Shown here: positions 18,813-29,368 of the stretch, piece after piece
Layout of the letters: each line of letters starts with the position of its first letter
Position numbering within the stretch: the first letter of the stretch is position 1
Assembly (NCBI GenBank): GCA_963776345.1
Contig: CAVZMH010000015.1
Location: 128,001-192,000, forward strand
From: an uncultured delta proteobacterium
Lineage (GTDB): Bacteria > Myxococcota > Myxococcia > Myxococcales > Myxococcaceae
Length of the DNA stretch: 64,000 bases
Direction of reading: 5' to 3'
Notes under the pieces: generated by a model
What the model was told of the DNA's origin: nothing
Seen by the model: the letters and a program-made list of their open reading frames with translations, nothing else
Databases searched by the model: none
Program-made: the position numbers and the translations under genes

Positions 18813-20963
18813 ATGCTCCGCATCCGGATCGGCCGACGCTGGACCCGCGAGCACGGCGCCGCGCCGCATGATTCGGTGTCCCTGGAGCTGGACGGGGTCG
18901 CCCTGGTCGACGGGGCCGAGGACGAGCCGCTCCTGCCGCTGGTCGAATCGCTCCTCGGCTGCACCGGCGCGCTCGCCCGCGGCACACCGATGGCGGACGT
19001 CTCCCTGCCGGAATCGGGGCTCGTCCTCTGCCTCGAGAACACCGAGGACGGCTGCGCCTTGCGCATCGCATCGCTCGGCCGGCCGGCGCGGCTCGTGCGG
19101 CGCGTGCGGCTCGACTGGGCCGAGTGGTGCGAGGCGGTGGTCCGCCTCGGCGAGACCTTCGCCAGCGACCTCGAGGGGTCGGCCGTCCCAGCGGCGAGCC
19201 GGCGCGCCGTCCGGGACCGGCTCCGCGCGCTCCGGCAGCCCTCCCGCCTCCCTCCCCCGCGCCCGGTGGCTCCGCTCGGGCTCCGCCTGGGCGCCTCCGG
19301 CCGCGCGCTCGTGCTCCAGCTGAACGACGGCTCCGGCCTGCTCGAGCGCGCTCCGCGGGGGCACGCCGCAGCGCTCGGCGCGCTCCTCGGCTCCGGGCGC
19401 ATCTGGATCTCCGGCGCGCCCGAGGGCTGGCACCTCGATGGACCCGCGCTGCTGCACCTGCTGGAGCTCGTCCGCTGCGGTGAGGAGGTGCAGCGCGCGA
19501 TCGGCACGGGCGTGGACGCGGTCGAGATCCAGCTCCCGGGCGGCCCCTCGCGCGTGTCGCTCGCCAGCGCCGCCTGGGTTCTCGGAAGGGAGACCCTGCC
19601 CTGGACCGCCGAGGAGGTGGCGCGGGCGCTCCTCTCGCTCGGGGCCTCGGTGGCGCGCGCGGTCCGCTGGGCGGTGCCCAACCAGCGGCGGAACCCCTAT
19701 CTGGAGGAGCTCGTGACCCGCTCGGAGGCCGGACTCGCCCTCCTCCGTCCGTCGACCCGAGCGCCCAAGGACCGCCCCCCCGTGCGGCGACGACGACCGC
19801 TGCGTGCGGCGCGCGCGGTGCGTCCGCTCCGGCGCGAGGGCAGCATCCGCCGCCTGCGCTTCCTCCCGGTGGCGCTCGCCCCGGGACTCGCCGGTCCGGG
19901 TCCGGCGACCCTCCTGGGTGTCGAGGCCGGTGTGGCGCTGATCTCCGACCGGGGAATGGACGTCCTCGGCTGGGACGGGAAGCTCCGGGTCCACCGGCCG
20001 ACGCCGCGCGGAGGGGCGGTCGCGGCCGACGGGCGCGCGCTCGGCGCGACCCGCGAGCGCCTGTTCGGCTACGGGCCACAGGACGCGAACCCCCGCTGGT
20101 TCCAGCCGCACGACGGGGCGGCGCTGGACCCGGTGGCCATCTCCGCCGAGCAGCTCCTCCTCTTCGGCGTCGAGCGGCGGGGCGTGCGCGCGGTGGACGC
20201 GCTCACCGGCCGCGAGCGCTGGTCGTTCCTCCCGGCGCGCACCCGCCGGCTCCACCTGGCCCTCTCCGGGGTCACGGTGCTCGCCGCCTCCGAGTCGGGC
20301 GTGCTCACCGGGCTCGACCTCCACGACGGCACGGTCCGCTTCCGGGTGGCGGCGCCCCTCCCCTTCACCGGGCCGGCGATCGCCTGGGGACCGGTGGTGC
20401 TGGTCCCGCTCGGGCGAGAGGACCGCTCCGCCCTCCTCGCCCTGGACCCGGTGCTCGGCGAGGTGCGCTGGCTGACCGAGCTCCCCCTCCGTCATGCAGC
20501 CCCGCCGACGGCGGGGGGCGCGCGGGCGTGGATCGCCGGCGTCCACGAGGACCGGCCCACCCTCACCTGCCTCGACGTGCGCGGCCGCGTCCTCTGGCAG
20601 CGCCTGGCGCCGGTCCCCGAGCGGCCCGCAGGCGTGCTCCGGGCCGGCGTCGAGCTGGTCGTGGTGGGCACCACCGGGGCGGCGGTCCGGGTCCGGCGCG
20701 ACGGGAAGCCGGTGTGGCGCGTGGGCGCTCCGGGGGGCCCGCCGGTCGCCACGGTGCAGCCGGCGCTCGAGCACGGAGTGGTGCTCGCCGCCGGCCCGGT
20801 GGTCCGTGCCCTGGACGTCCGGAACGGGCGCGTGCTGGCCGAGCTCCCGGCGGGTCGGGGCGTACGGGCGCTCGCGGTCAGCCCCCACCTCGACGTCGCG
20901 CTGCTGGACGAAGCCGGGGACCTGGCCATCCACCGGCTGGCCAGCCACTTCGCGGTCGTCTAA
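18813..20963 (+). CDS. Protein with C-terminal PQQ-like beta-propeller repeats
   Basis: Repeated A.D..TG..RW / [10 protein letters not shown] / [10 protein letters not shown] / LDVRNGRVL motifs; unknown N-terminal half; no signal peptide. Confidence 0.78.
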   Translation: MLRIRIGRRWTREHGAAPHDSVSLELDGVALVDGAEDEPLLPLVESLLGCTGALARGTPMADVSLPESGLVLCLENTEDGCALRIASLGRPARLVRRVRLDWAEWCEAVVRLGETFASDLEGSAVPAASRRAVRDRLRALRQPSRLPPPRPVAPLGLRLGASGRALVLQLNDGSGLLERAPRGHAAALGALLGSGRIWISGAPEGWHLDGPALLHLLELVRCGEEVQRAIGTGVDAVEIQLPGGPSRVSLASAAWVLGRETLPWTAEEVARALLSLGASVARAVRWAVPNQRRNPYLEELVTRSEAGLALLRPSTRAPKDRPPVRRRRPLRAARAVRPLRREGSIRRLRFLPVALAPGLAGPGPATLLGVEAGVALISDRGMDVLGWDGKLRVHRPTPRGGAVAADGRALGATRERLFGYGPQDANPRWFQPHDGAALDPVAISAEQLLLFGVERRGVRAVDALTGRERWSFLPARTRRLHLALSGVTVLAASESGVLTGLDLHDGTVRFRVAAPLPFTGPAIAWGPVVLVPLGREDRSALLALDPVLGEVRWLTELPLRHAAPPTAGGARAWIAGVHEDRPTLTCLDVRGRVLWQRLAPVPERPAGVLRAGVELVVVGTTGAAVRVRRDGKPVWRVGAPGGPPVATVQPALEHGVVLAAGPVVRALDVRNGRVLAELPAGRGVRALAVSPHLDVALLDEAGDLAIHRLASHFAVV

Positions 20964-20979
20964 GTCAGGGCGGCCGCAG
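20964..20979 (+). repeat. Copy of short intergenic motif GTCAGGGCGGCCGCAG
   Basis: Identical 16-mer at 60007-60022; both copies directly follow a stop codon between convergent genes. Confidence 0.55.
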
Positions 20980-21008
20980 CTCGAGTCGCGCGGCGAGGTC
21001 CCCCTGGC

Positions 21009-21986
21009 CTACTTGCGCTCCTTGCGCGCCGCCGTCGCGGGGTCGATCTCCTCCTCGCTGCGCGTGGTCACGGTGGCCCCCTCCCAGGTCTCGCCGGGCT
21101 TCAGCTTCCAGTCGTCCGGCACCGGGAGCTTCCAGGTGTACTGGGCGTTGATGTCTCCACCGGTCGGCGCGTGCGAGCGCACCGCGACCAGCATCTCCAT
21201 GACGCTCACCGTGGCCGGCACCGGGTCGAGCTCGTACTGGCCGAGCACGATCTGCGGCGGGAACTCGGCGATGAGCCGCTCGGGATAGTCGTTGCGCATG
21301 CCGGGGTTGCCGGTGCTCATCTCGCCGTAGAGCTTCCCCTTGTCGTCGAGCAGCCGGAACGTGGTGGCGAACTCGGCCCAGGTCATCACCCGCTTCACCC
21401 CGGTGCGCTCGTCCTCGCGGGTCTCGCGCTGCGCGCCCCAGAGGACGATGGGGAAGCGGATCTTCGGCTTGTTCCCCATCATCACCACGTCGGCGGAGAC
21501 CACGTCGAGCCGCAGGCCCTTGTCGGTGCCGGTCAGCACCGGCGCGTACTTGCCGGTGCGCATCCGGTCGAACATGGCCTTCTCCCACTCCCAGAAGGCC
21601 TTGCGGTTCACCGGATTGGCCATCGGGCCGCGCGGGCGGCCGTCGGGCAGCTGCGGCAGCTCCATCTCGGCCGCGGCCTTTGCCTTTCGGTCCAGGTCCT
21701 TCAGGTAATCGTCGAAGGCGGGGTTGCCGCCGAACCTCGCCTGGTGGGCCGAGACCTGCTCGAAGTACCAGCGCAGGTAGCCCTTCACGTCGTTCTTGTA
21801 GGCGTCCGGGTCGGGATTGCTGCGGATCCACCCCGCCCGCTCCAGCGCCTCCGCCCGGAGCCGGAGCGCGGCGATCTCCCTGGCCGCCTGCTCTCGGGCC
21901 TCGGTCGATCGCCGGTAACCCACTACGCCGGCTGCGCTGAAGCCGGCGATCACCACCAGGAGGACGATGGCCAGGTTGCGGTTCAT
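21009..21986 (-). CDS. Membrane-anchored hypothetical protein (325 aa)
   Basis: MNRNLAIVLLVVIAGFSAAGVVGY N-terminal TM/signal; typical GC3 bias; ATGA overlap with the DUF692 gene. Confidence 0.8.
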   Translation of the reverse strand: MNRNLAIVLLVVIAGFSAAGVVGYRRSTEAREQAAREIAALRLRAEALERAGWIRSNPDPDAYKNDVKGYLRWYFEQVSAHQARFGGNPAFDDYLKDLDRKAKAAAEMELPQLPDGRPRGPMANPVNRKAFWEWEKAMFDRMRTGKYAPVLTGTDKGLRLDVVSADVVMMGNKPKIRFPIVLWGAQRETREDERTGVKRVMTWAEFATTFRLLDDKGKLYGEMSTGNPGMRNDYPERLIAEFPPQIVLGQYELDPVPATVSVMEMLVAVRSHAPTGGDINAQYTWKLPVPDDWKLKPGETWEGATVTTRSEEEIDPATAARKERK

Positions 21987-23509
21987 GTCAGATGTGAAGT
22001 CTCGCCCGCTGCCCGGGTCGGGTCCAGCCCACGCTGTCCCACCTCCAGCCGCCCGCGGTTCCACCGCGCGTGCACCCGCCACGGACGGGTGGGAGCCCGG
22101 CGAACCGCCTGCGCCAGCCCCTCGAGCCCGCCCTCGGGCAGCACCCCTTCCCCGAACGCCCGGGCCGCCAGGTGGCGCCGGAGCGCGCGCAGGGCGAACA
22201 GCGCCTCGCCCAGGTCCGCGGCGAAGACCCCGCTCCGGCCCCCGGGAGCGCGCGCCAGCGACTGCGCCCAGGTGTCGAAGGCGAGCGCCAGGGCGAGCTC
22301 GGGTGCCCCCGACGCGCGCACCTCCGCCCGGGCCCATACCGACCACGCCGCGTCGAGCGGATGTCCAGCGGCGAACGCCTCGCGGAAGGCGTCGGAGGCG
22401 AGGAACCGCTCCAGCCCGGCCCTGGACGGCGCGAGCAGCGGGCGAGACAGCGGCCAGCACGCATCGAGCGCCTCGGCGGCGACCGACAGCCGGAGGCCCT
22501 GCTCGGCGCGCACGCCCTCGGCATCCTCGGTCGCGGGTTCGCGCCCGTGCACCACGTCGAACCCTCGCCAGGCCTCCCTGCCAGCCTCCGCCGGGAGCGC
22601 GGGCACGGGTCCACGCGGCGGGTGCACCTCGAGCACCGCGCGCTCGGCGACCGGCTCGAGCATCGACCGCAGCGTGGCGAGCGTGCGCCGCGCGGCATCC
22701 GCCGGATGGCCGTCGCCCTCGAAGACCAGCGCCCGGAGCGAGCGGCACCGGGGCAGCGCCTCGGCCAGAAGCCCGAGCACCTCGCTCCGGAGCGGCTGCC
22801 CGTGGTCGTCCATGTAGACGCCCCGGCCCCCGGGCGTGCGGGTGATGACCGCGCCCGCGACGTGGACCTCGATGACCGCCTCGAACGGAAACCCGTCCAG
22901 CCCCGTCTCCAGCGGCAGCCCGGAGGCGAGCTGGGCCGCGACCAGGTGGCCGACGTCGAGCACCAGCGGGCAGCCGGTCCGGGCGTGCAGCTGACCCATG
23001 AAGTCGAGCACGTGCAGCGGGCCGTCGTGCCGCACCACCACGGGGTTCTCCAGCGCCAGCGGCACCGAGAGCGCCGAGGCCACGTGGAGCGCGTGCGCCG
23101 CCGCGGCCTCGAGCCCGGCCCTGCTGAACGGCGGAGGCAGGTAGAGGTAGCCGGGGAGCGCGGTGCCCTGCACGTGCCACCAGGCCACGTCGTTGCCCAC
23201 CCAGGGCGAGCCCACCGCCCGCGCGTGGGCGTCGAGAGCGGCGAGCCTCTCCGCCGGCTCCCGCTCGGGTCCGGCGAGGTTCAGGTGGACCGGGTGGAAG
23301 AGCGCCGGGAGCCGTTCCCGGGCGGCGAGCAGCGTCCCGAAGAGCCCGGCGTCCCGCTCGGCCTCCTCCAGCGCCAGCGGCGCGCTGTACTCGACCAGGT
23401 CGAGGAGTCCCGGCTCGGCGGCGTGGAGGGCCCACGGATCGGGCTCCGCCGCCGGGTCCAGGTTGCTGGACAGGCCGAGCCCCAGGAACGGCAGCGCGCG
23501 CGTCTCCAC
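21983..23509 (-). CDS. DUF692 family multinuclear non-heme iron enzyme (MNIO) with C-terminal extension
   Basis: LGLGL, FHPVHLNL, GNDVAW, YLPPPF, LALENP, LVLDVGHL, EVHVAG, MDDHG, VFEGD occur in the order of DUF692 TIM-barrel metal ligands; about 200 extra C-terminal residues. Confidence 0.82.
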   Translation of the reverse strand: METRALPFLGLGLSSNLDPAAEPDPWALHAAEPGLLDLVEYSAPLALEEAERDAGLFGTLLAARERLPALFHPVHLNLAGPEREPAERLAALDAHARAVGSPWVGNDVAWWHVQGTALPGYLYLPPPFSRAGLEAAAAHALHVASALSVPLALENPVVVRHDGPLHVLDFMGQLHARTGCPLVLDVGHLVAAQLASGLPLETGLDGFPFEAVIEVHVAGAVITRTPGGRGVYMDDHGQPLRSEVLGLLAEALPRCRSLRALVFEGDGHPADAARRTLATLRSMLEPVAERAVLEVHPPRGPVPALPAEAGREAWRGFDVVHGREPATEDAEGVRAEQGLRLSVAAEALDACWPLSRPLLAPSRAGLERFLASDAFREAFAAGHPLDAAWSVWARAEVRASGAPELALALAFDTWAQSLARAPGGRSGVFAADLGEALFALRALRRHLAARAFGEGVLPEGGLEGLAQAVRRAPTRPWRVHARWNRGRLEVGQRGLDPTRAAGETSHLT

Positions 23510-23520
23510 GGCCCGGGAGC

Positions 23521-24771
23521 CTACTCGCTGCGCATCGCCTCCACCGGGTCCAGCGCCGCGGCGCGGGCCGCCGGGTAGATGCCGAACACCAGCCCCACCC
23601 CGCTGCTCATCACCAGGGCCAGCACCACCGCCCAGGCGGGCACGGTCATCGGGAAGCCGAGGGCCCACCGCCCGAGCGCCGCCAGCGACAGCCCGAGCAG
23701 CAGCCCCAGCACCCCGCCGAAGAGCGAGAGCGTCACCGCCTCCAGCGCGAACTGGCCGAGGATGCGCCGCCGCTTGGCCCCCAGCGCCTTGCGGATGCCG
23801 ATCTCCCGGGTCCGCTCGGTCACGCTCACCAGCATGATGTTCAGGATGCCGATTCCACCGACCACCAGCGAGAGCAGGCAGATCCCGAAGCTCGCCGCGG
23901 TGATGACGTTGCTCAGGTTGTTGAAGGTCCGGGTGATGGACTCGTTGGTGTCCACCTCGAAGTTGTTGGCCTCGCCGGACTTCACGTTCCGCCGCATCCG
24001 GAGCAGCGCGGTCACCTCGTCCTGCGCGGTCTGCAAGAGAGTCGGGTCGGCGGCCTGCACGTTGATCCGCAGGCTGCGGTTGCGGCCGAAGAGGTCGAGC
24101 GCGTTGGGGAGCGGGAGGATGAGCATGTTGTCCGCGCTAAACAGGCCGAAGATCTTCCCCCGCTTCTCCAGCACGCCCACCACCTGGAAGACCCGGCCCC
24201 GGATCCGGAGCTCCCGCCCGAGCGGGTCCTGGCCGGGGAAGAGCTTGTCGGCGACGTCCAGCCCGATCACCACCACCGCCCGGGACTCCGAGACCTCGTT
24301 GGCGGAGAAGAAGCGCCCCGACGAGACCGCCCGGCCGCTGGTGTCGATCCACTCCGCGGTCGCGCCCTGGACGATGACGTTGGGCTGCGTCTCGGCGATG
24401 GCGCTGGAGATCTTGTTGGGCCCCAGCCAGGTCAGCGCCGAGGCGGTGGTCACCGAGGGGCACCCCTCGCGCACCGCGCGCAGGTCCTCCAGCCCGAGGT
24501 TTGGCCGCCGCTGGTAGCGCCGCCAGTCGATCCGCCCCAGGTTGATGCCCCCGGGCCACTTGGAGACGGTGAAGACGTTCGCCCCGAGGTTGGAGAGATC
24601 GGTGGTCACTTTCGTCCGGAGCCCCTCCACCATCGCCATCATCGTCACCACTGTGGTGACCCCGATGACCACCCCGAGCAGGGTGAGCAGCGAGCGGAGG
24701 GGGTTCGCGGCGAGCGTGCCCACCGCCAGCCGGGCGTTGTCCCACAGGGCGATGAAGCGGCGGCTGCTCAT
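23521..24771 (-). CDS. MacB/FtsX-type ABC transporter permease
   Basis: [62 protein letters not shown]. Confidence 0.94.
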   Translation of the reverse strand: MSSRRFIALWDNARLAVGTLAANPLRSLLTLLGVVIGVTTVVTMMAMVEGLRTKVTTDLSNLGANVFTVSKWPGGINLGRIDWRRYQRRPNLGLEDLRAVREGCPSVTTASALTWLGPNKISSAIAETQPNVIVQGATAEWIDTSGRAVSSGRFFSANEVSESRAVVVIGLDVADKLFPGQDPLGRELRIRGRVFQVVGVLEKRGKIFGLFSADNMLILPLPNALDLFGRNRSLRINVQAADPTLLQTAQDEVTALLRMRRNVKSGEANNFEVDTNESITRTFNNLSNVITAASFGICLLSLVVGGIGILNIMLVSVTERTREIGIRKALGAKRRRILGQFALEAVTLSLFGGVLGLLLGLSLAALGRWALGFPMTVPAWAVVLALVMSSGVGLVFGIYPAARAAALDPVEAMRSE

Positions 24772-25994
24772 TCGTACCGGAGCGCCTCGACCGGGTCGAG
24801 CCGCGCGGCGCGCGCCGCGGGCCAGATGCCGAAGACCAGGCCCACGCTCGCGGCGAAGAGGACGCCCCCCAGCACGGTGAGCGGGTGCACCGCGGCCGCG
24901 AGGCTGGTCACCAGCGAGACCAGCTTGGCCGCCCCGAGGCCGACGGCGGTGCCGATGGCTCCTCCCACCGCCGAGACCAGCGAGGCCTCGAGCAGGAACT
25001 GCACCACGATGGTGCGGCGGCGCGCCCCGAGCGCCCTGCGGATCCCGATCTCCCGGGTCCGCTCGCGCACGCTCACCAGCATGATGTTCATGATGCCGAT
25101 GCCGCCCACCAGCAGGGTGATGAGCCCCACGCCCACCGCCACGCCGTAGAGCGCGCTGGTGAGCTGCCGGTAGGTGTCCGCCAGCTGCTGGGTGCGGTTG
25201 ACGCTGAAGTCGTCCGGCTCGCCCGGCGGCACGCTCCGGACGCGCCGCATGATCCCGGTGACCTCGTCCTCCGCCCGGTCGAGCTGGTCGACGTCGTCGA
25301 CCCCCACGTCGATCTGGAAGTCGCGCTTTCCGTAGACCGAGAGGAAGGTCTTGAACGGCACCAGCGCCACCAGATCCATGCTCTGGCCGAGGATCTGCCC
25401 CTTCTTCGCCAGCACCCCGATGACCCGGTACGGGCGGTTGTCGAGCCGCACCGACTCGCCCAGGGCGCTGCGTCCGGGGAAGAGCCCCTCGGCCACGTCC
25501 GACCCCAGCACCACCACCTGCCGCTCGGCGTCGCTGTCCGCGTCGGTGAGGAAGCGCCCGACCGGGACCTCGTAGCCCCAGATCTTCTGGAAATCCGCCA
25601 GGGTGCCCACCAGGTCCACGTTGCTGACGCTCTGGTCACCGGCGCGAACCTCCTTGCTCTCCTCGTTCACCTCCGGGACGACGGCGTTCGCCAGGCGCGA
25701 CTGCTGCGCCACCGCCTGCATCTGGGCCAGGGTGATCTGCTTGCGGTTCCGGTACTTCCACCAGTCACCGGTGACCACGAACGGCCGCCGCGAGATGTTG
25801 AGCGTGGCCGTGCCCAGCGAGGCCAGCTGCCGGGCGAAGGCGCCGTTCAGCCCCTGGATGATGCCCAGGATGGCCAGGAGCGTGGCCACGCCGATGCCCA
25901 CCGCGGTGAGGGTGAGGACCGTCCGCAGCCGGTTGACGCCCAGGGTCCGCAGGGCGATGCGCCCGCCCTCGAGCACATCGACCCGGAGGCTCAC
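24768..25994 (-). CDS. MacB/FtsX-type ABC transporter permease
   Basis: [54 protein letters not shown] start overlaps the ATPase stop. Confidence 0.94.
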   Translation of the reverse strand: MSLRVDVLEGGRIALRTLGVNRLRTVLTLTAVGIGVATLLAILGIIQGLNGAFARQLASLGTATLNISRRPFVVTGDWWKYRNRKQITLAQMQAVAQQSRLANAVVPEVNEESKEVRAGDQSVSNVDLVGTLADFQKIWGYEVPVGRFLTDADSDAERQVVVLGSDVAEGLFPGRSALGESVRLDNRPYRVIGVLAKKGQILGQSMDLVALVPFKTFLSVYGKRDFQIDVGVDDVDQLDRAEDEVTGIMRRVRSVPPGEPDDFSVNRTQQLADTYRQLTSALYGVAVGVGLITLLVGGIGIMNIMLVSVRERTREIGIRRALGARRRTIVVQFLLEASLVSAVGGAIGTAVGLGAAKLVSLVTSLAAAVHPLTVLGGVLFAASVGLVFGIWPAARAARLDPVEALRYE

Positions 25995-26722
25995 GTGACC
26001 GCGGCGACGCGCGCCCGCTCCGTCCGGCCGTCCAGGGCCACCTCGGGCCCGGGCCCGTCCTTCACGATGACCCCGTCGCTGATCCGGATCGCCCGGGGGC
26101 AGCGCGCGGCCAGCGTGGCCTCGTGGGTCACCAGGCACAGGGTGTGCCCGGCGCGGTGGAGCTGCTCGAACAGGCCGATGATCTCCAGCCCGGTCGCCGA
26201 GTCGAGGTTGCCGGTGGGCTCGTCGGCGAGCAGGAGCGAGGGCTCGGTCACCAGCGCCCGGGCGATGGCCACCCGCTGGCGCTGACCGCCCGACAGCTCG
26301 TTCGGCCGGTGCTTCACCCGGTTGGAGAGTCCCACCTGATCCAGCGCGCCCCGCGCCCGCTCGCGGCGCTCCCTGGCCCCCATCCCCCGGTAGATGAGCG
26401 GCAGCTCCACGTTGCCCAGCGCGGTCTCCCGAGGCAGCAGCTGGAAGGTCTGGAAGATGAACCCGATCTCCCGGTTGCGGATGTCGGCCAGCTCGTTGTC
26501 GGACATGTGGCTCACGTCCTTGCCGTTGAGCCAGTACCGCCCGGCGGTGGGGGTGTCTAGACAGCCCAGCACGTTCATCAGGGTGCTCTTGCCCGAGCCG
26601 GACTGGCCGATGATCGCCACCCACTCGCCCTTCGACAACTGGAACGAGACCCCGTTCAGGGCGTGCACCTCCTCGGTGCCCACCTTGTAGTAGCGGCGGA
26701 TGTCCTCGAGCTTGATCAGCAT
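25991..26722 (-). CDS. ABC transporter ATP-binding protein (LolD/MacB type)
   Basis: [39 protein letters not shown]. Confidence 0.96.
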   Translation of the reverse strand: MLIKLEDIRRYYKVGTEEVHALNGVSFQLSKGEWVAIIGQSGSGKSTLMNVLGCLDTPTAGRYWLNGKDVSHMSDNELADIRNREIGFIFQTFQLLPRETALGNVELPLIYRGMGARERRERARGALDQVGLSNRVKHRPNELSGGQRQRVAIARALVTEPSLLLADEPTGNLDSATGLEIIGLFEQLHRAGHTLCLVTHEATLAARCPRAIRISDGVIVKDGPGPEVALDGRTERARVAAVT

Positions 26723-26726
26723 GTGA

Positions 26727-28013
26727 CTAGCCGCGGACCGCGGTCTTGGTTCCGGGGGGCTCGGCCGGACGGGGCCCCTTGGGGGCGTTTTCCTTCAGTC
26801 GATCCCCATCCTTCAGCTCCTTGCTCACGGTGCGGAAGGGCCCCTCCACCACCCGCTCGCCTTCCTTGAGCCCGTCGAGCACCTCGAGGTCGGTGTCGGA
26901 GGCGATGCCGGTGCGCACCCGGCGAGCCCGGGCCTTGTTGTCCGCGTCGACCACGAAGACGATCTTGGCCAGCGTCTCGCTGCGCTTCCTGGCGGCGAGC
27001 GAGGTGCCCGCTTCGCCCGGCGGCTGCGAGTCGGGGAGAGACTTGTCCGGACGCACGGTGACCGCCTGGATGGGGACGATGAGCGCGTTGTCGTGGGTCT
27101 CGGCGGTGATGCGGACCTCGGAGCTCATCCCCGGGAGCACGCCGGGCGGCCGGGTCTCCAGCGCCACCTTCACCGGGAAGGTGGTCACCTCGGACTCGGT
27201 GCCGGGGTTCTTGATGGTGGCCTTCTGGGCGATCTCCACCACCGAGCCCTCGAAGCTCTGGCCCTCCAGCGCGTCCACCGACAGCTCGGCGTGCTGGCCG
27301 TTGCGAAGGTGCACCACCTCGTGCTCGCCGACCTCGATCTTCACCTCCATGCTGTTGAGGGCGGCCACGGTCATCACCGTGTCCTCGGAGAAGTCGGACC
27401 CGCGGACCCGCTCGCCGATCTCCCGGGTGAGCTCGATGACCGTGCCCTCGATGGGCGAGGCGAGCGTGGTGCGCGAGAAGTTGGTCTGGGCGTTCTCGTA
27501 GGCCGCGACCTGGCCGGCATACCTCTGCTGCGCCGAGCTCAGGCGGGCGACGGCCCCGTCGTAGTCCGACTTGGCCTTGTCCACCTCGGCCCCGGCGGCC
27601 ATGCCCCGCTTGAGCAGCCCCTGCACGCGGTCCAGCTCGAGCTTGGTCCGGTCCACGTCGACCTGGGCGTTGGCGATGTCCGCCCGGGCCCCGCTCACCC
27701 CGGCCTGCGCCTGCTTGGCGGCGGCGACGAAGGGGCGGGGGTCGATGCGACCCAGCACCTGTCCCTTCTTCACCTTGTCCCCCAGCTCGACCGGGCGCTC
27801 CACCAGGTCACCTGAGAGGTTGGAGGAGATCTTCACCGTGGTGGAGGCCTCGACCTTGCCTGCCCCGATGATGACCCGACTGATGGTCCCCTTCTTCACC
27901 TTCGCCACCTGGACCTCGCTCGCCGGCGGCGGCCGGTCCCTGAGCCCGGCCACGGTGATCCCCACCACCGCGAGCAGCAGCACTCCCGCGATCAACCCCT
28001 TCCACCATGTCAT
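26727..28013 (-). CDS. Efflux periplasmic adaptor (MacA-like MFP)
   Basis: N-terminal [16 protein letters not shown], alpha-hairpin, [26 protein letters not shown]. Confidence 0.93.
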   Translation of the reverse strand: MTWWKGLIAGVLLLAVVGITVAGLRDRPPPASEVQVAKVKKGTISRVIIGAGKVEASTTVKISSNLSGDLVERPVELGDKVKKGQVLGRIDPRPFVAAAKQAQAGVSGARADIANAQVDVDRTKLELDRVQGLLKRGMAAGAEVDKAKSDYDGAVARLSSAQQRYAGQVAAYENAQTNFSRTTLASPIEGTVIELTREIGERVRGSDFSEDTVMTVAALNSMEVKIEVGEHEVVHLRNGQHAELSVDALEGQSFEGSVVEIAQKATIKNPGTESEVTTFPVKVALETRPPGVLPGMSSEVRITAETHDNALIVPIQAVTVRPDKSLPDSQPPGEAGTSLAARKRSETLAKIVFVVDADNKARARRVRTGIASDTDLEVLDGLKEGERVVEGPFRTVSKELKDGDRLKENAPKGPRPAEPPGTKTAVRG

Positions 28014-29368
28014 GGCGTCGCTCCGTTGCCGAGGGTCCCCACCGCCTTCTCCAGGGCCGCCCGCGCCACCTCGGTGTCGGAGCGGGTCTGGATGAGCGTC
28101 TGATATGCCTGCGCCAGCTTCAGCTGGGCGTCGCGCACCTCGAGAGTGGACGAGGCGCCGGCCTTGAAGCGCTCCTGCGCGTAGTCGAGGTTCTGGGTGG
28201 CGGTGACCCGGTTCTGCTGCGCCAGGTTGAGCGCTTTGAGCTGCGAGGTGAGGGAGTCCAGCGCCACCTTCACCTGGCCCTCCACGTCCCGCTCGTTCTG
28301 CGCGAGGTTGAGCTTGGCCTGCGCGAGCTGGGCCCGGGCCTGCTTGGTCTGGGCGTCGGTCGCGAAGCCGTTGAAGAGGTCCCAGTTCAGGTTGAAGCCA
28401 CCATAGAACGCGTTCTGCTTGGAAAAGTCGGTGAAGACCGTCTTCGCCTCGGGGCCCTGGCGGACGTACTGGATCTGGAAGTTGAGCCTCGGAGCCCAGC
28501 CGGCCGCCTGGGCCGTCTCGAAGGCGCTGGCGGCGCGCACCTGCTCGCCGAACTGGACCAGGAGGGGACGGTTGGTCCGGGCCAGCTCCAGCCCCTGCTC
28601 GAGGGTGACGCCGGGCGGTGGAGGCGTCTCGGGCAGCGCGGGGTCGACCGCGTCCAGCTCCTGACCCTCGGGTCGCGCCAGCCAGGAGGACAGATCGATC
28701 CGGGCCTGCGAGACCACCGCCCGCTGCTTCTCCGCATTGATCCGATCCGTGCCGAGGTTCACCGCCGCGGCCAGGGCGTCTCCCTTGTTGCCGCGCCCGG
28801 CCTCGAAGAGCGCCTGCGCGCGGTCGGCGAAGTCCTTGCTCCGCTCGGCGGTGGCCTCCAGGACCAGCAGCTGCTTCTGCGCGGTCCACAGCGAATAGAA
28901 CCGGCGGACCGCCTCGAACTCCGAGGCGAGGAGCTGCTCGGCAGCGCCGCCCTTGGCCGCGGACTCGAGATGTCCGGACTGCTCGAGGAGCTTGAACTTC
29001 CCGAGGTCGAAGAGGAGCTGGTTCAGCGTCGCTGCGAGCACGAAGTTGTTGGCCGCGTAGGCCGGGTAGTCGGTGATCCGGTTCTGGTACTGGATCTGTC
29101 CGTCGGGGCCGATGATCGGATTGCCGCTGGCGTCCTGGGCCACCACGGTGCCGATGCCCGAGTAGGTCGAGGTGATGGTGCGGTTCGCCTGGGCGTTCAG
29201 GCCCAGCTGCGGAAACAGCGCCGAGCGGCTGAAGCGTGTCTGCTCGCCCGCGCGCACCCGGTCCAGCTCGGCCAGCAGCGCCTGGAGGTTGTTCCGCGAC
29301 TCCTGGCGGACCTGGTCGAGGGTGATGGGCGTGGCGGCGAGGACCGCGGAGAGGACGAGCGCGTTCAT
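28010..29368 (-). CDS. TolC family outer-membrane channel
   Basis: Duplicated OEP pattern (LFPQLGL..., QLLFDLG; WAPRLNF..., NWDLFNGF), ERFKAGASSTLEVRDAQ. Confidence 0.9.
   Translation of the reverse strand: MNALVLSAVLAATPITLDQVRQESRNNLQALLAELDRVRAGEQTRFSRSALFPQLGLNAQANRTITSTYSGIGTVVAQDASGNPIIGPDGQIQYQNRITDYPAYAANNFVLAATLNQLLFDLGKFKLLEQSGHLESAAKGGAAEQLLASEFEAVRRFYSLWTAQKQLLVLEATAERSKDFADRAQALFEAGRGNKGDALAAAVNLGTDRINAEKQRAVVSQARIDLSSWLARPEGQELDAVDPALPETPPPPGVTLEQGLELARTNRPLLVQFGEQVRAASAFETAQAAGWAPRLNFQIQYVRQGPEAKTVFTDFSKQNAFYGGFNLNWDLFNGFATDAQTKQARAQLAQAKLNLAQNERDVEGQVKVALDSLTSQLKALNLAQQNRVTATQNLDYAQERFKAGASSTLEVRDAQLKLAQAYQTLIQTRSDTEVARAALEKAVGTLGNGATP

Noticed and set aside
20964..21008. A short RiPP precursor ORF next to the DUF692 gene
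   Set aside because: The gaps around the operon's distal genes (45 nt and 11 nt) are too short. I also saw no convincing Cys-rich or repetitive small ORF in the 30112-30288 gap.
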